A DNA stretch of 64,000 nucleotides from Eledone cirrhosa. Its lineage: Eukaryota. Positions 24,679-37,515 of the stretch are shown here, piece after piece. Under the pieces are notes generated by a model. It made no database searches. It was not told the DNA's origin and saw nothing but the letters and a program-made list of their open reading frames with translations. Location of the stretch: the NCBI GenBank assembly GCA_964016885.1, contig OZ024754.1, positions 6,758,001-6,822,000 on the forward strand, in the 5' to 3' direction. Every line of letters starts with the position of its first letter. Positions within the stretch are counted from its first letter, which is position 1. The translations under genes were made by a program, and so were the position numbers.

Positions 24679-26576
24679 GTAAGTATCATTATAACGAGGT
24701 TGACTTTGCCTTTCATCCTTACGGGGTCGATAAAATAAAGTACCAGTAATACACTGAAATAATTGCTGGCCTTGTGCTAAAAGTAGAGCATTACTAGTAC
24801 TTTATTTTATCGACAAACAATTATTATAATGATTGTTTCTATTTTTGGCACAAGGCCAGCAATTATCCCAGTGCATTACTGGTACTTTCTTTTATCGACA
24901 AACAATTATCATAATAATTGTTTCTACTTTTGGCACAAGGCCAGCAATTATTTCAGTGCATTACTGGTACTTTATTTTATCGACCCCGTAAGGATGAAAG
25001 GCAAAATTAACCTCGGCGGGATTTGAACTCAGTCCGTATTTATTATTATAATAATGTTTAGAATCTATTTTTTGTTAATGTCCCGACACTGTTTCAATCT
25101 CTACTCCATTTTTTTGTTTGTTTTGTGGAGACGCATGGCCTAGTGGTAAGGCTTACGATCATAATGTCATGAGTTAGATTCCTGGGCTGGGTTACATGTG
25201 TTCTTGAGCAAAAAACACTTCTTTTCACGTTGCTCAAGTATATTCAGCTGAAATGAATACCAGCAGTAGCTGGGGGTTTAACCCTGCGATGGACTGGCGT
25301 CCTATCCAGGGGGAAGTCTTGTACTCTCAGTCGCTTCCCGCCATGAAACCGGGATAAGCACCGACCTAACGAGCCTTAAATGGCTTAAGACAGGTTTTTT
25401 AGGCTAGCCTGTTTAGAGTTAACGAACATATTTCACAAGAAACTCTTGGTTAGGACTGTAGGACTTTTGGTTTGGACTATCTAAATTACACTGTCTTTTA
25501 AACAGTTTTTGAAGTGAAAATAATGGGAAAAACGATTGTATGAAAATTAATATTGATTTTTTTTAATTTTTGTTTTAATATTTTTTTTTATATTTTTTTC
25601 TAAATATTTTTTTTAAATGTTTTTTTTTAAATATTTTTTTTAAAATTTAGTTTGTTGTTATTTTTTTAAAATAATATCTACAAAATTTGCCAGACAAAAC
25701 CCAATTAATTATTTACCTTGCAATTTGTTTTGCATTATTAGACAGGCAGAGAACACGTGCGAATTATTTATTCAATTTTCCCCAAGTACTGTCCTAAGCA
25801 GACTTCCTCTCATAACTCATCTCTATAGTTCTGTTATTATTTATTTCTGATATTACTTTTGTCAATATAAACTACCATTAATCTCCAACTTAACTTTCAT
25901 TGCTCCTGTCTCAAGCTTCTTTTAAAATTGTCTTTTGTATAAGTGTGTTAATTGTTTTACTTTACGCTATCATTATCATCATCATCATCATTATCGGCAT
26001 CAACATCATCATCGTCATCGTCTCAACTAATTAATTTGATAAAACTTTCTACGTCTGCTTTTCTAAGCTGACAGGAGTTGGACAAACATTTTCTTTTCTT
26101 TTAGTTTTGAGACAGTACTCTATGGTGGTATGCCCTTTCCGGAGCCCTCCCTTATTTTATCAATAAGATACATTATTCCAATCATTTGCACACGTCCAAC
26201 TGCTGATTTGTGAGACATAAAAAATATGTTCTTATATACTTGTGACCCTGTATCGTCAATAATAACAACAATAGCGTTGAAGGTATTTTATAGTCCAGTA
26301 TTAGTATGCCATATTAGTATGTATTAGTATTAGTATGCCATATATACAAGGTCGGATGAGAATCTCTTCAAAATCTAGACTGGGATCAAAATCCGAAGTT
26401 CATACAAAAAGTCTGAGTGTTTTCCTTTTGCAGACGATGCAACAATTAGCGCCCTCTGTGCCAAAGACTATGAAATAGGGTTCTCCGAAGGGTCTTTGAT
26501 GTAACGTTACTTGATGTGGTGCGTAGCTCAGAGATCATGGAGATGTTACTTCTCTGAATCAAAAGATCACAGCTCC

Positions 26577-27114
26577 GATACTACGAACATCTAGATAGAA
26601 CGAACATCTAGATAGAAAGTCTAACTACGATACTACGAACATCTAGATAGAAAGTCTAACTACGATACTACGAACATCTAGATAGAAAGTCTAACTACGA
26701 TACTACGAACATCTAGATAGAAAGTCTAACTACGATACTACGAACATCTAGATAGAAAGTCTAACTACGATACTACGAACATCGAGATAGAAAGTCTAAC
26801 TACGATACTACGAACATCTAGATAGAAAGTCTAACTACGATACTACGAACATCTAGATAGAAAGTCTAACTACGATACTACGAACATCGAGATAGAAAGT
26901 CTAACTACGATACTACGAACATCTAGATAGAAAGTCTAACTACGATACTACGAACATCTAGATAGAAAGTCTAACTACGATACTACGAACATCTAGATAG
27001 AAAGTCTAACTACGATACTACGAACATCTAGATAGAAAGTCTAACTACGATACTACGAACATCTAGATAGAAAGTCTAACTACGATACTACGAACATCTA
27101 GATAGAAAGTCTAA
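26577..27114. repeat. Minisatellite, 35-bp unit, ~15 copies, inside a LINE fragment
   Basis: tacgatactacgaacatctagatagaaagtctaac. Confidence 0.95.
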
Positions 27115-27363
27115 GGAAAGAATCGCTGGATAGATTTTACGGGAAAAGTCAATCGCCATGTGATCCAGAGGTAGATCAAGGGCAAGATGATTGGATAACA
27201 TCCATTAGCTCTGTTCGTCTAGCTTGGAGATCCAGTTGTATCAAGTGGAGATGGTTGCTTCTGATAGGACCCTCTGGAAGGCGTGTCTGAGGGCTCGGCC
27301 CTCAAGATCCTCCCAGAAATAAGTGGACAAAGAAGAATATGTATGTATGTACACATACACACA

Positions 27364-27417
<54 letters not shown>

Positions 27418-27457
27418 AAGAACACAAGAGCGTCTACAACATCAAAAGATTTTTATT

Positions 27458-27504
27458 GGCTTACAATGTTTCTTCCTTACGTAACCGTAGGATTCGTCAG
27501 AGCT
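27458..27504 (-). ncRNA. Type I hammerhead, intact core
   Basis: Minus strand: gct CTGACGA atcctacg-gtta-cgtaaggaa GAAA cattg TA agc. Confidence 0.75.
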
Positions 27505-27928
27505 ATAAAAGGGGTTTGATTGGTGTTATGGACTCTACTCTTTGTTCTTGAATGTTTGGTTGGTAAAGAGAGTAAAGAGAAAAAGTAGGGGACGATAAGT
27601 CTAATTTTGGTGCGGGGGGTGGGGTGGGGTGTGGGTCCTTGTTTACTAGCTGCGGTCATATTCATTCCCGGGAGTCGGGTGGTTAGCTGAACCATAGATG
27701 GGGTGGCGTCGATAGTATGGTGCAGAGGGTGCGCAGAGGCTACACAAACACAAAGGGCATACAATATATATATATATATAGCGGAGGAGAAAGTACATGA
27801 GGTAATTAGAAATGGAAATATATATATATGCTTGAAGCGAAATCCTATTTCTATTTCTTTTCTATTATAAGTTGAGCCAACTTATGCAGCTTCATATGCA
27901 AATGAGATTATTCTCGACTGTTTTCAAG

Positions 27929-28020
27929 CCCAGCAGTAGCAAGCGGTGGTAGGGACCGTCCTGACGAAGGCCAGTCAAGCCTGAAATGCATAGACGATTG
28001 TCCCCTTTGCTTCTGCTGGG
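27929..28020 (+). ncRNA. Type I hammerhead, intact core, long extended stem I
   Basis: cgtc CTGACGA aggc-cagtcaa-gcct GAAA tgca TA gacg; stem I extended by gggac/gtccc, agcaa/ttgct and cccagcag/ctgctggg. Confidence 0.88.
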
Positions 28021-28037
28021 CACCACCAGAGGGCGTT
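28019..28037 (+). promoter_or_regulatory. CTCF-like motif CCACCAGAGGGCG
   Basis: Close to the CTCF consensus CCACCAGGGGGCGC. Confidence 0.4.
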
Positions 28038-28136
28038 AGACCCGGTGTTTGCATAGCTAGTTTCCTAAAACCGTGTTTCTTTAGAAATACAAAATTTCTA
28101 TACATATTTGTATAACGCTATGTTTGAAGGGAAATC

Positions 28137-28254
<118 letters not shown>

Positions 28255-28425
28255 ATCCAAAGTCAATAAATACGCCAGGATTTTTTCATTCTGATGATTG
28301 AAAGAAAATTTTTTTTGCTTTTAAAAAAAAACACTAGTAAATGAAATAATTGCCTTATGTTGTTTATTACATAACTATATATATATATATTTTTTTTTAA
28401 TATAATGGAGGCACATGGCTTAGTA

Positions 28426-28768
28426 TGGAGGCACATGGCTTAGTGGTTAGAGCATAGGCCTTGCAATCGAAAGGTTGTGAGTTCAATTCTCAGACCAGGT
28501 GATGTGTTGTTTCTTTGAGCAAGACACTTTATTTCACATTGCTCCAGTTTACTCAGCTGTAGAAATGAGATGATAGGGACTGGGGTCCCTATCATTCCAC
28601 TGTAAAGTGGTCGTGGAGGTGCCACGGCAAAAAAGCACCCAGCACTCACTGTAAATGAGGTTGGTGTTAGGAAGGGCATCCAGCTGTAGAAATCAAGCCA
28701 GAATCAGTTCCCGTCCCACCCTTGCAAGCAGGGGAAAGTGGACGTAAGATGAAATGATGATGATGATG
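28426..28768 (+). mobile_element. Young tRNA-derived SINE with CORE-like box and RTE-type tail (copies 44686-45040 -, 51563-51830 -, 53081-53424 -, 54215-54545 +)
   Basis: A box TGGCTTAGTGG, B box GTTCAATTC, ttgagcaagacactttatttcac, tail ggacgtaaaatgatgatg; copies near-identical. Confidence 0.85.
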
Positions 28769-29055
28769 GTGATCCATATCCAACCCAAGGCCTTCTCACT
28801 TCTGTTGGAGGAACACCTCTTTGGTTGACCATCATTATTTTCGGTTTGATTTTGGTCATGTCAGGGGTGTAGCAATACTCACCACGCTTGGTAAAATGCA
28901 GGTTGGAGGTTATTTAACCTATAGCTGGGATGGAAGGCCGTTAACTCTGAGTTCATCTGCCCTTTTAACAGCTCGTTTTTTTTTTGTGCTGCTGGGGTTC
29001 CACTTAACCTCCTCACCAGACCAGGTTGTACTGGGTTACATGGTACCAGAGACCT

Positions 29056-29131
<76 letters not shown>

Positions 29132-29208
29132 GATAGACAGAAATAACACAATCGGTACAGTATATGGAAGGAATATATTAGGTTAACGCTTGAAATAGTA
29201 GGAAGAGG

Positions 29209-29247
29209 GTCTTAACGTTTCGGACGCTAGTCCTTCATCAAAAGAAA
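29209..29247 (-). ncRNA. Minimal hammerhead motif (core TTGATGA)
   Basis: Minus strand: TTGATGA a ggac-tagc-gtcc GAAA cgt TA ag. Confidence 0.55.
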
Positions 29248-29326
29248 GAATGAGAAATAAGATAGATTGAAGGGACAGGCGGGGTGGAATTGGAAAAAAA
29301 TGTCTTTAGATAAATGAATTAAGAAT

Positions 29327-29386
29327 GTTTCCTGGTGAGCTGTGATATCCTAGTTGCTTATACACAGCGAAACTGCAGTCGGGGCT
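29327..29386 (+). ncRNA. Type I hammerhead (core CTGGTGA)
   Basis: tttc CTGGTGA gctgtg...cacagc GAAA ctgcag TC gggg; palindromic stem III. Confidence 0.7.
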
Positions 29387-29551
29387 TCGCAGTAAATTAG
29401 GTAACTTTTTATCTTGTCTGCTTTTTCCACTTATAATAATGTTATATATATATATATATATATATATCGGGACCTGGTTTTTATTTAATCCAGTGCTGAT
29501 CAACAAAAGTGATCCTTTGTTAAAACATGAATTTTAATATGTTCTTTCCAG

Positions 29552-29581
29552 GTTCCTACGAAACAATCTGATGAGGACTAG
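29552..29581 (+). CDS. Candidate terminal coding segment (VPTKQSDED*) following exon 24629
   Basis: ttctttccag acceptor; phase 0; TAG stop. No homology support. Confidence 0.3.
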   Translation, partial: VPTKQSDED

Positions 29582-30036
29582 TTAGAATCGTATAAAAGTA
29601 GATGAAAAATTTGAATCGAAGTATGAAATAATGTAAGGGAATAACTCATTTGTTTTATTTTCTTCAAATAAATCTGGATAATTTATCATTTTTAAGAGTC
29701 AGAGTTAGGGTTATCTACTTAGTAAATTTGGATCAGCAAGTGTTAAATGTTTTGTAATTGTGGAAGGTCAAATGTTTATTCCATTATCAGTAATGCCCTG
29801 TTTTGAAGCATCAGCATCATCATCATCATCATCACCAAAATAATCTTTGTTTCTATTCTAACATGGGCTTGACGTGACTCGTCGAGACAGTAACCATTGA
29901 TGGATGTCATTCAGTAACTCAAAGGGAAAAGGGAGATAATTTCAAGAAAGAAGTTTTCTTTTTGCTTTTAGCAAATTTGATTTTTTTTTACGATTATGGA
30001 AAAATCTAATCTTGGTTAATAGCAATGGTAACAAGA

Positions 30037-30073
30037 ACAGACTTGTTTCACTTGTATTAAGCCTCGTCAGTGC
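30037..30073 (-). ncRNA. Minimal type I hammerhead, intact core
   Basis: Minus strand: gca CTGACGA ggctt-aatac-aagt GAAA caag TC tgt. Confidence 0.65.
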
Positions 30074-31644
30074 AGCATAGTCACTGCAAGCCAATTTTAT
30101 CAGCCAACAAAAGTGTTTTTTTATAAATAGGGAAGTGGTATTATAATGTCTGTAATATTAAACATTATTGTGTTAAGGGAAAAAACTCAAGCTATTAGCA
30201 TGGTTGTGTATATCTAAGAAGCCATAACTCTTGATGGAAAAGACGGGGATGAGGGTGAGGGAACGGGAAACCCACCTTCTCGCTAGGTTTGGAAACAACC
30301 GATATCTTCCAGAGAAGGGGTGGAGAGAATGAAAGAGATAAAGTGAGAAAGAAATATAGAGTAAGAGTCAACCCCAGTACTGTACTAGCACTTGGTTTTT
30401 TTTTAGCCATCTCGAATGGATGAAGAGCAAAATTGACCTCAGTAGAATTTGAAACCAGAGAGCTGGAATAAATACCCCCGAGGACTCTCCTCACTGTCCT
30501 AACAATTCTGCCAGATTCGCCCTCTTATTGCCATGGTTTTAGATATATCAAATAGCTTTTGACATTTCAATTACTTTGTTTCTTTTAATTCATGTCATTG
30601 GCTGATTGGAGTTATTTTCCATTGCTAAATTTAATATGTACATGACTAGGGGGTGGAGGCACGTGGCATGATGGTAAGGGTGTTGAATTTACGATCATAA
30701 TGTCATAGGCTGGGTTGCGTGTTGTGTTCTTGAGCAAAACACTTCATTTCACGTTGCTCCAGTATACTCAGCTGAAAATGAGTACTACAGTAATAGCTGG
30801 GGGTTTAACCCTGCAATGGACTGGCATCCAGTCCAGGGGGGTGTTGTACTCTCAGTCGCTTCATGCCATGAAACCGGGATAAGCACCGACCTAACGAGCC
30901 TTCTGGCTTAACACAGATTTTGGACATAACTAGTATGATGGATTGGCAGAATTGGTAGAGCGTCAAATAAAATATCAGTTATATTTTATCTAGCTCTGTA
31001 TATTCTGAGTTCAAATCCTGCTAAGTTCAATTTTGTCGTTCAACCTTTCAGGGTAAATAAAACAAATACTGGGGTTGATTTAATCAACTTTGCCCTTCCC
31101 AATTTTGCTGGCCTTGTACATCATCATCATCATTTTACGTCTGTTATTCTACGCTTGCATGGGTTGAACAGGTCCTTCTCAGTACATCTCCCCACTTGTC
31201 ACATTCCTTAGTCATCTCTTCTGTAAGCTTTATGTGATCTGAGATCAGGGCTCACTACTTCCATGCAGGTCTTACTTTACCATGGCCTCTCTCCACAGAA
31301 ATTACTTGGAAATTCTTCACCCAACGATCATCATCATCATAACTTTTTTTTCCTGTAAAACTAATGTCTAGCAATCAAGTAGTTTATGCTGACTGAGGAG
31401 GTTCTGTAAGCCTGAAACATCTGTTTTTGACATTCCAACAAAAAGATAAGATTTTCACTTAATCTTTAATGCGCTGTTGGCAACATAAAGCAGTGTCAAG
31501 GGAAACAACTCTAGTAGTGCGCTAAAGGTTAAGCACTGTAATTGAATATTTATAAAGAAATTAAGAATTATTTCTCCCTTTTCTTTGTGAGTTGCTAATG
31601 ATTGCTGCTAGGTTTCTTTAACCTAGCATAAATATAAACAACAG

Positions 31645-31983
31645 GTAACGTTACTCAATAGAGTGTGTAGCTCAGAGATCAGAGAGTTACTACAGGTAGA
31701 GCTGCTACTTCTCCGAATTGAGAGATCACAGCTGTGATACCATGGACATGTGGTTAGAATATCCCAGGAAAGATTTTTACGGACAAAACCAACCGGCAGG
31801 AGAGCCAGGGGTAGACACAAAGAAAGATGGTTGGATAACATCCATGAGCTTGACTGGTCTCGCTTGGGGATTCAGCCGGATCAACTGAAGAAGGTTGCTT
31901 CTGACAGGACCCGCTGGGAGGAGTGTTTGAGGACTCTATACCCGTGACTCTCTCAGGAATAAGTGGGCGAAGAAGAAGAAGAA
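31645..31983 (+). mobile_element. RTE-like LINE 3' fragment family (other copies ~4755-5000 -, 26500-27325 +, 39000-39110 +, 57240-57490 +)
   Basis: KPTGRRARGRxxxRWLDNI peptide and shared 3' end caggaataagtgg(gaa)n. Confidence 0.8.
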
Positions 31984-32000
31984 GGTAAATTTAATAGATG

Positions 32001-32006
32001 TTTATT
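32001..32006 (-). terminator. Probable IARS1 polyadenylation signal AATAAA
   Basis: tttatt on the + strand, ~190 nt downstream of the stop codon. Confidence 0.55.
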
Positions 32007-32191
32007 GTAAAAACACAAAAATTCAAAGGCCAACAAATGATCATCACTATCATCATCATCATCATCATCATCATTAAAATGATAATCACAGCAGGTAATT
32101 TAAGAAACAGCTTGGCAGGACAGCTCAAGCAGTCTGACCAAAGGAGCTGCCTCCTAAAATGGTTCGGTCCTTGTGTTCCTTAACATTGATG

Positions 32192-32335
32192 TCATGATTG
32201 TAATACAAAGATGGACGATGAATGAAGGCTGCGGACTTCTTCTCCCTTTACAGAGTCCTTTACAGGTGAGTTACCATCAGGTGTGTGGCTAAGACGAACT
32301 TTCTTCTTGCCATCCAAACCAAATATGGTTTTTAC
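32192..32335 (-). CDS. IARS1: IARS1 last coding exon (VKTIFGLDG...IFVLQS*)
   Basis: ttccag acceptor; IFGL motif completes repeat 2; TGA at 32192-32194. Confidence 0.9.
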   Translation of the reverse strand, partial: VKTIFGLDGKKKVRLSHTPDGNSPVKDSVKGEEVRSLHSSSIFVLQS

Positions 32336-32888
32336 CTGGAAATACAAAAAAAAAATAAATAAAATAAATAAAATAAAATAAATAAAATAAAAAATATTGT
32401 CATCAGTGGATTGGCAGTATTGGGGGAAGGTCGGAGGCCATGCTTTCCAGCATAGAGTTACGTCCCTTTACGTTCTGAATTCAAATCCCGCCGAGGTTAA
32501 CTTTGCCTTTCATCCTTACGGGGTCGATAAAATAAAGTACCAGTAATACACTGGGGTAATTGCTGGCCTTGTGCCAAAAGTAGAAACAATTATCATCATA
32601 ATGAGAACAGTGGATTGACGGAATCGTTAGAGCTTCAAACAATTTCCTTGTGGTGTTTATCGAGGTTGATAGAAAAAGTACCAGTCACATATTGGGGTCT
32701 TCTTCTATATTTGTTTATCACTTCCTCTCTCTCCTTCTTTGGAAAGGAGTTAACTATGTTCAGACCTGAAGAAGGGATGGGGGTCTGCCAGGTTTAAAGT
32801 GCCCAGTACCACTAATTATACTGGGGGAGGAGGGGTGATTTAAACGCCTCTCCCCTCCCCTTCAGATTGCTGGACTTAATTAGAAACA

Positions 32889-33490
32889 GTGGATTGGCAG
32901 TATCGATAGAGGGTCGAACGCCATGCTTTGACGCATAGAGTTACGGCCCTTGCCATTCTGAGTTCAAATCCCGCCGAGGTTAACTTTGCCTTTCATCCAT
33001 ACGGGATTGATAAAATAAAGTACCAGTAATACACTCGGTATTTGCTGGTCTTGTGCCAAAAGTAGAAATAATTATTCTTATTAAAAATTTTTTAAAAAAG
33101 GGCGGTGAATTGGCAGTATCGGTAGAGGGTCGGGCATGCTTTACACCATAGTTACGGCCCTTTACGATCTGAGTTCAAATCCCGCCGAGGTTAACTTTGC
33201 CTTTCATCCTTACGGGGTCGATAAAAATAAAGTACCAGTAATGTACTGGATAATTGCTGGCCTTGTGCCTAAAGTAGAAACAATTATTAAAAATTTTGGC
33301 AGTGGATTGGTATTATCGGTAAAGCATCAGACACTATGCTTTGCAGCATGGAGTTATGGCCCTTTACGTTCTGAGTTCAAATCCCGCCGAGGTTAACTTT
33401 GCCTTTCATCCTTACGGGGTCGATAAAATAAAGTACCAGTAATGCACTGGGGTAATTTGCTGGCCTTGTGCCAAAAATAGAAACAATTAT
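32889..33490 (+). mobile_element. Three tandem copies of the dominant tRNA-derived Nin/Deu-domain-like SINE (>25 copies or fragments window-wide, e.g. 737-960, 5801-5955, 7357-7538, 8591-8950, 11686-12058, 19761-19938, 32406-32590, 34065-34390, 47610-47783, 49958-50140)
   Basis: A box TGGCAGTATCGG, B box GTTCAAATCC, then ctttgcctttcatccttacggggtcgataaaataaagtaccag. Confidence 0.85.
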
Positions 33491-33683
33491 TATTAAAAAT
33501 GTTAAGATGATAGAATGATGGAAAATATCATATATCTCAAATGCATCCCTAAAACTCCAAGAGACGGTGCCCCAGCATGGCCTCAGCCGGATGGCTAGAA
33601 CAGGTAAAACAGTAAAAGTTATGGACCCATACATACACCTTTATAATCACCTCTGCTTTTCAATGGTAACAGAAGGTACTTAC

Positions 33684-33986
33684 CTGCGATTCCAGCTGCT
33701 TGAAGCTAAAGAAACTACACTGGGGATTCTCCAGAAGAATAGTTCCCTTTTTGCCATTGGCTGGTTTGTTACCAACCAACTGAACGTTGGCAAAATGACA
33801 AATAGGAGAAGTGACTTCGTTCTCTTTCTGTGGACATTGTTCAGATTTGGCAGGAGTGGTGGCACCAACATATAAGGTTCGAGAATTAAGGAACTCCGAG
33901 TTAAGTTGTGGCTTAAGTTTGTCTGTCAAAGTGCGATCCAGAAATACAGATATATCCTGGCTTCTTAGACCAAAGACTGACTGGAT
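33684..33986 (-). CDS. IARS1: IARS1 exon, UNE-I repeats (VFGLRS...TLYV...GTILLENP)
   Basis: Second LLENP motif; 303 nt, phase 0/0. Confidence 0.93.
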
Positions 33987-34599
33987 CTGAAAAAGATGAA
34001 ACAAGGAATTACAGAGTAACCAAAGACATTTCAACAGTTTAAGATAAATATTTTTATCTATTGTTGCAGTATTGGTAGAGTGTCAGACACCATGATTTGC
34101 ACATAGAGTTATGGCCCTTTACGTTCTGAGTTCAAATCCTGCCATGGTTAACTTTGCCTTTCATCCTTACTGGGTCGATAAAATAAAGTACCAGTAATGC
34201 ACTGGGGGTAATTGCTGGCCTTGTGCCAAAAGTAGAAAAATTATTATAATTATGGTGGATTGGCAGAATCGGTAGAGCATCGGACAACATGCTTTGCGGC
34301 AGAGAGTTACGTCCCTTTACATTCTGAGATGAAATTATGTTGAGGTTAGCTTTGTCTTTCATCCTTACGGAATCGATAAAATAAAGTACCAGTTCTGTCA
34401 ATAAAGTCACAAATAACATTGAATGTATTTAATTTTTGGAGTCCAGTAACTTTTATTTAACCCTTTAGCATTTAAACTGTCTGTATCTGGTTAGAGTTCT
34501 CTCACCTCTTTCTGTTCAAACTGGCCGTAACTGGCCACTTATACCAATGTTAAAGTATTGTTCTCAAAATGAATATCAAAATCTCATAGATTTGATATT

Positions 34600-35170
34600 A
34601 TGTGAGATAATTACGTGAGGTAACGTGTTTACCATGAAAATACAATAGTATATATAGAGTAATGTAAATGTTATGTGAGATATTATGTGAGGTAAAGCCT
34701 TTACTGTGAAAGTACAATAGTATATATGGAGTAATGTAAATGTTATGTGAGATATTATGTGAGGTAAAGCCTTTACTGTGAAAGTACAATAGTATATATA
34801 GAGTAATGTAAATGTTATGTGAGATATTATGTGAGGTAAAGCCTTTACTGTGAAAGTACAATAGTATATATGGAGTAATGTAAATGTTATGTGAGATATT
34901 ATGTGAGGTAAAGCCTTTACTGTGAAAGTACAATAGTATATATAGAGTAATGTAAATGTTATGTGAGATATTATGTGAGGTAAAGCCTTTACTGTGAAAG
35001 TACAATAGTATATATGGAGTAATGTAAATGTTATGTGAGATATTATGTGAGGTAAAGCCTTTACCATGAAAATACAATAGTATATATAGGGTAATGTAAA
35101 TGTTATGAGATATTGTGAGGTAAAGCCTTTACCATGAAAATAGAATAGTATATATAGGGTAATGTAAATG
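34600..35170. repeat. 69-bp array (138-bp higher-order repeat) inside a MITE
   Basis: Alternating tatatggagt / tatatagagt variants. Confidence 0.92.
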
Positions 35171-35920
35171 CTAAAGGGTTAATGGAGCCTTGGTCAATAA
35201 CCTTGAGCACCATCCCAGATCCTGTAAACGTTGGGAAGGGATCTAGTTGTTAATGTCTTGGCAGTAATTTGATATGGTTTGTTTTGTTTTTGTTTTGTAT
35301 TTTTTCTTGTTACTTTATATTTGTTATTTATTTTCTATACATATGTTTCAGTCATCATCATCATCATCATTGCACCAATGACGAAATAAAGAAATGAGGA
35401 AAAAAAAAAAAAAAAATGAAGACAAAATTATCTCATCTTCCAGTTAAATTATATACCAAATCTATGTCATAGCAACATAACACACAATTATTATCATTTT
35501 TATACAGAAATGTCTTTTAAATATTAATTTATGGTAAAATAAAGGAATGTAAAAAAAATCAAAGGCAACTGAAGTTAAAGTTAAGTGGAAATAAGACGAG
35601 TTTAGTATAAATAATTACAACAGTGACATAAACAGGTACTTAAGTTTGAAACAAAAGTGCTACTCAAGGTTTCATGGTCCAAATGTGACCATCCCTCCAG
35701 AAAGCAATGTTTCAATAAACCAAATTTCACACACAAGGCATTGGTATATTTAAGGCTGTGGTATATGTTAATCACCCAAAGTGCTGTGCATTGGGATTGA
35801 ACCTAGATATGTGTGGCTACAAGGCAAACTTGTTCACCCCAGAGCGTCATGTGCACTCAAACATAACACACATCAAAATAAATTTAAAAAAAACAAAACA
35901 AAAAAAAAAAAAACACTTAC

Positions 35921-36157
35921 CTGCTTAACCAACTCCTTATACTTAATTGGATAACATCCCTGAGGGTTTTCTAATAACAATGTACCACGAGATCCATTAC
36001 GGCCCTCATTGTTGGGCATATTACATAACTCTAGGTTAACATATTTACATGTGGGCATTACACCATTCTGTACTGGAGCATATGTGGAGCTATCTTTCAA
36101 CAAGTCAGCTGAATGTTGTCCCTTCACAATGGTCATCTCTAAATTATCTGATTTCAC
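35921..36157 (-). CDS. IARS1: IARS1 exon, UNE-I repeat 1 (PTCKYVNLE...GTLLLENPQG)
   Basis: Metazoan C-terminal repeat with LLENP motif. Confidence 0.93.
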
Positions 36158-36369
36158 CTGCAATCAAATGGAAGAAAATATATTACCTTTTGTTGATTAC
36201 TTTTATCTCTTTTAGACATGTTGGTTCTATTTCCATGGTTTAAATTCTCAATATTTTTGTTGGTTATTTATATTTTTGTAGCATGTGTTCCTTATATTGG
36301 CTAAGTTTGTACCAGCTCCTTTATTATCTTTAGAGTATTCAGATAGATGTAGAAGGGTATGATATCCTG

Positions 36370-36482
36370 ATTCCCGCTGGCCTACTTGTCATATGGAGCC
36401 CCGAGCATGCTCTTTGCTGCTGATACGGTCATACCTTCGGCCACTGGGGTCCAACAGGGTGACTCTTTGGGCCCCCTCCTTA
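36370..36482 (+). mobile_element. Reverse transcriptase fragment
   Basis: Peptide SATGVQQGDSLGPLL (RT QGDPLS-type motif). Confidence 0.65.
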
Positions 36483-36799
36483 TCACACCTTTCACAACTA
36501 TACTCAAAACACACCCAGAATTTATCAACAACCAAACCCACACCAATTACTGGTACACGACCAATGGACGTTATCAAACTATTATCCTTATTACTATATC
36601 ATCATCATCATCATCATGAGGGCGATGGATTGGCAGTAACAGTAGAGCTTTGGACAACGTTTTGTGGCATATAGTTACATCCCTTTATATTCTGAGTTCA
36701 AATTCGGCTGAGGTTAGCTTTGCCTTTCATCCTTACAAAGTTAGTGAAATACGTACCAGTAATGCACTGGGGTTGATTTAATTAAATATTGGGAGGAGA

Positions 36800-37487
36800 G
36801 ACATTGTCTGAAGACAGCTAGAGATAGCTGGAGACAGTGTCTGGAGAGACAGAGTCTAGAGACAGCTAGAGATAGCTGGAGAGACAGGTAGAGGTGTCTA
36901 GAGACAGGTAGATAGACAGTGTCTAGAGACAGGTAGGGAGACAGTGTCTAGAGACAGCTAGAGATGCTGGAGAGACAGGTAGAGATAGCTGGAGAGACAG
37001 GTAGAGATAGCTGGAGAGACAGCTAGAGATGCTGGAGAGACAGGTAGAGATAGCTGGAGAGACAGTGTCTAGAGAGAGCTAAAGATAGCTGGAGAGACAG
37101 CTAGAGATGCTGGAGAGACAGGTAGAGATAGCTGGAGATAGCTGGGGAGACAGTGTCTAGAGAGAGCTAAAGATAGCTGGGGAGACAGTGTCTAGAGAGA
37201 GCTAAAGATAGCTGGGGAGACAGTGTCTAGAGAGAGCTAAAGATAGCTGGAGAGACAGCTAGAGATGCTGGAGAGACAGGTAGAGATAGCTGGAGAGACA
37301 GTGTCTAGAGAGAGCTAAAGATAGCTGGGGAGACAGTGTCTAGAGAGAGCTAAAGATAGCTGGGGAGACAGTGTCTAGAGAGAGCTAAAGATAGCTGGGG
37401 AGACAGTGTCTAGAGAGAGCTAAAGATAGCTGGGGAGACAGTGTCTAGAGAGAGCTAAAGATAGCTGAGGAGACAGTGTCTGGAGAT
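36800..37487. repeat. GA-rich ~35-bp minisatellite
   Basis: gagacagtgtctagagagagctaaagatagctggg. Confidence 0.92.
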
Positions 37488-37515
37488 ATGGGATAGAAAC
37501 AAACAAAGAACTTAC

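Noticed and set aside
26577-27114. CRISPR-like 35-bp periodic repeat
   Set aside because: Units are contiguous with no unique spacers, no cas genes are present, the context is eukaryotic, and the unit derives from a LINE fragment.
28426-28500. tRNA gene
   Set aside because: The A/B boxes belong to SINE heads; there is no complete cloverleaf, and a SINE body follows.
31390-31430. CTGAGGA...GAAA possible hammerhead
   Set aside because: Stem I does not pair and stem II is poor.
34576-35077. 160-aa repetitive ORFs
   Set aside because: By-product of the 69-bp tandem array in a MITE.
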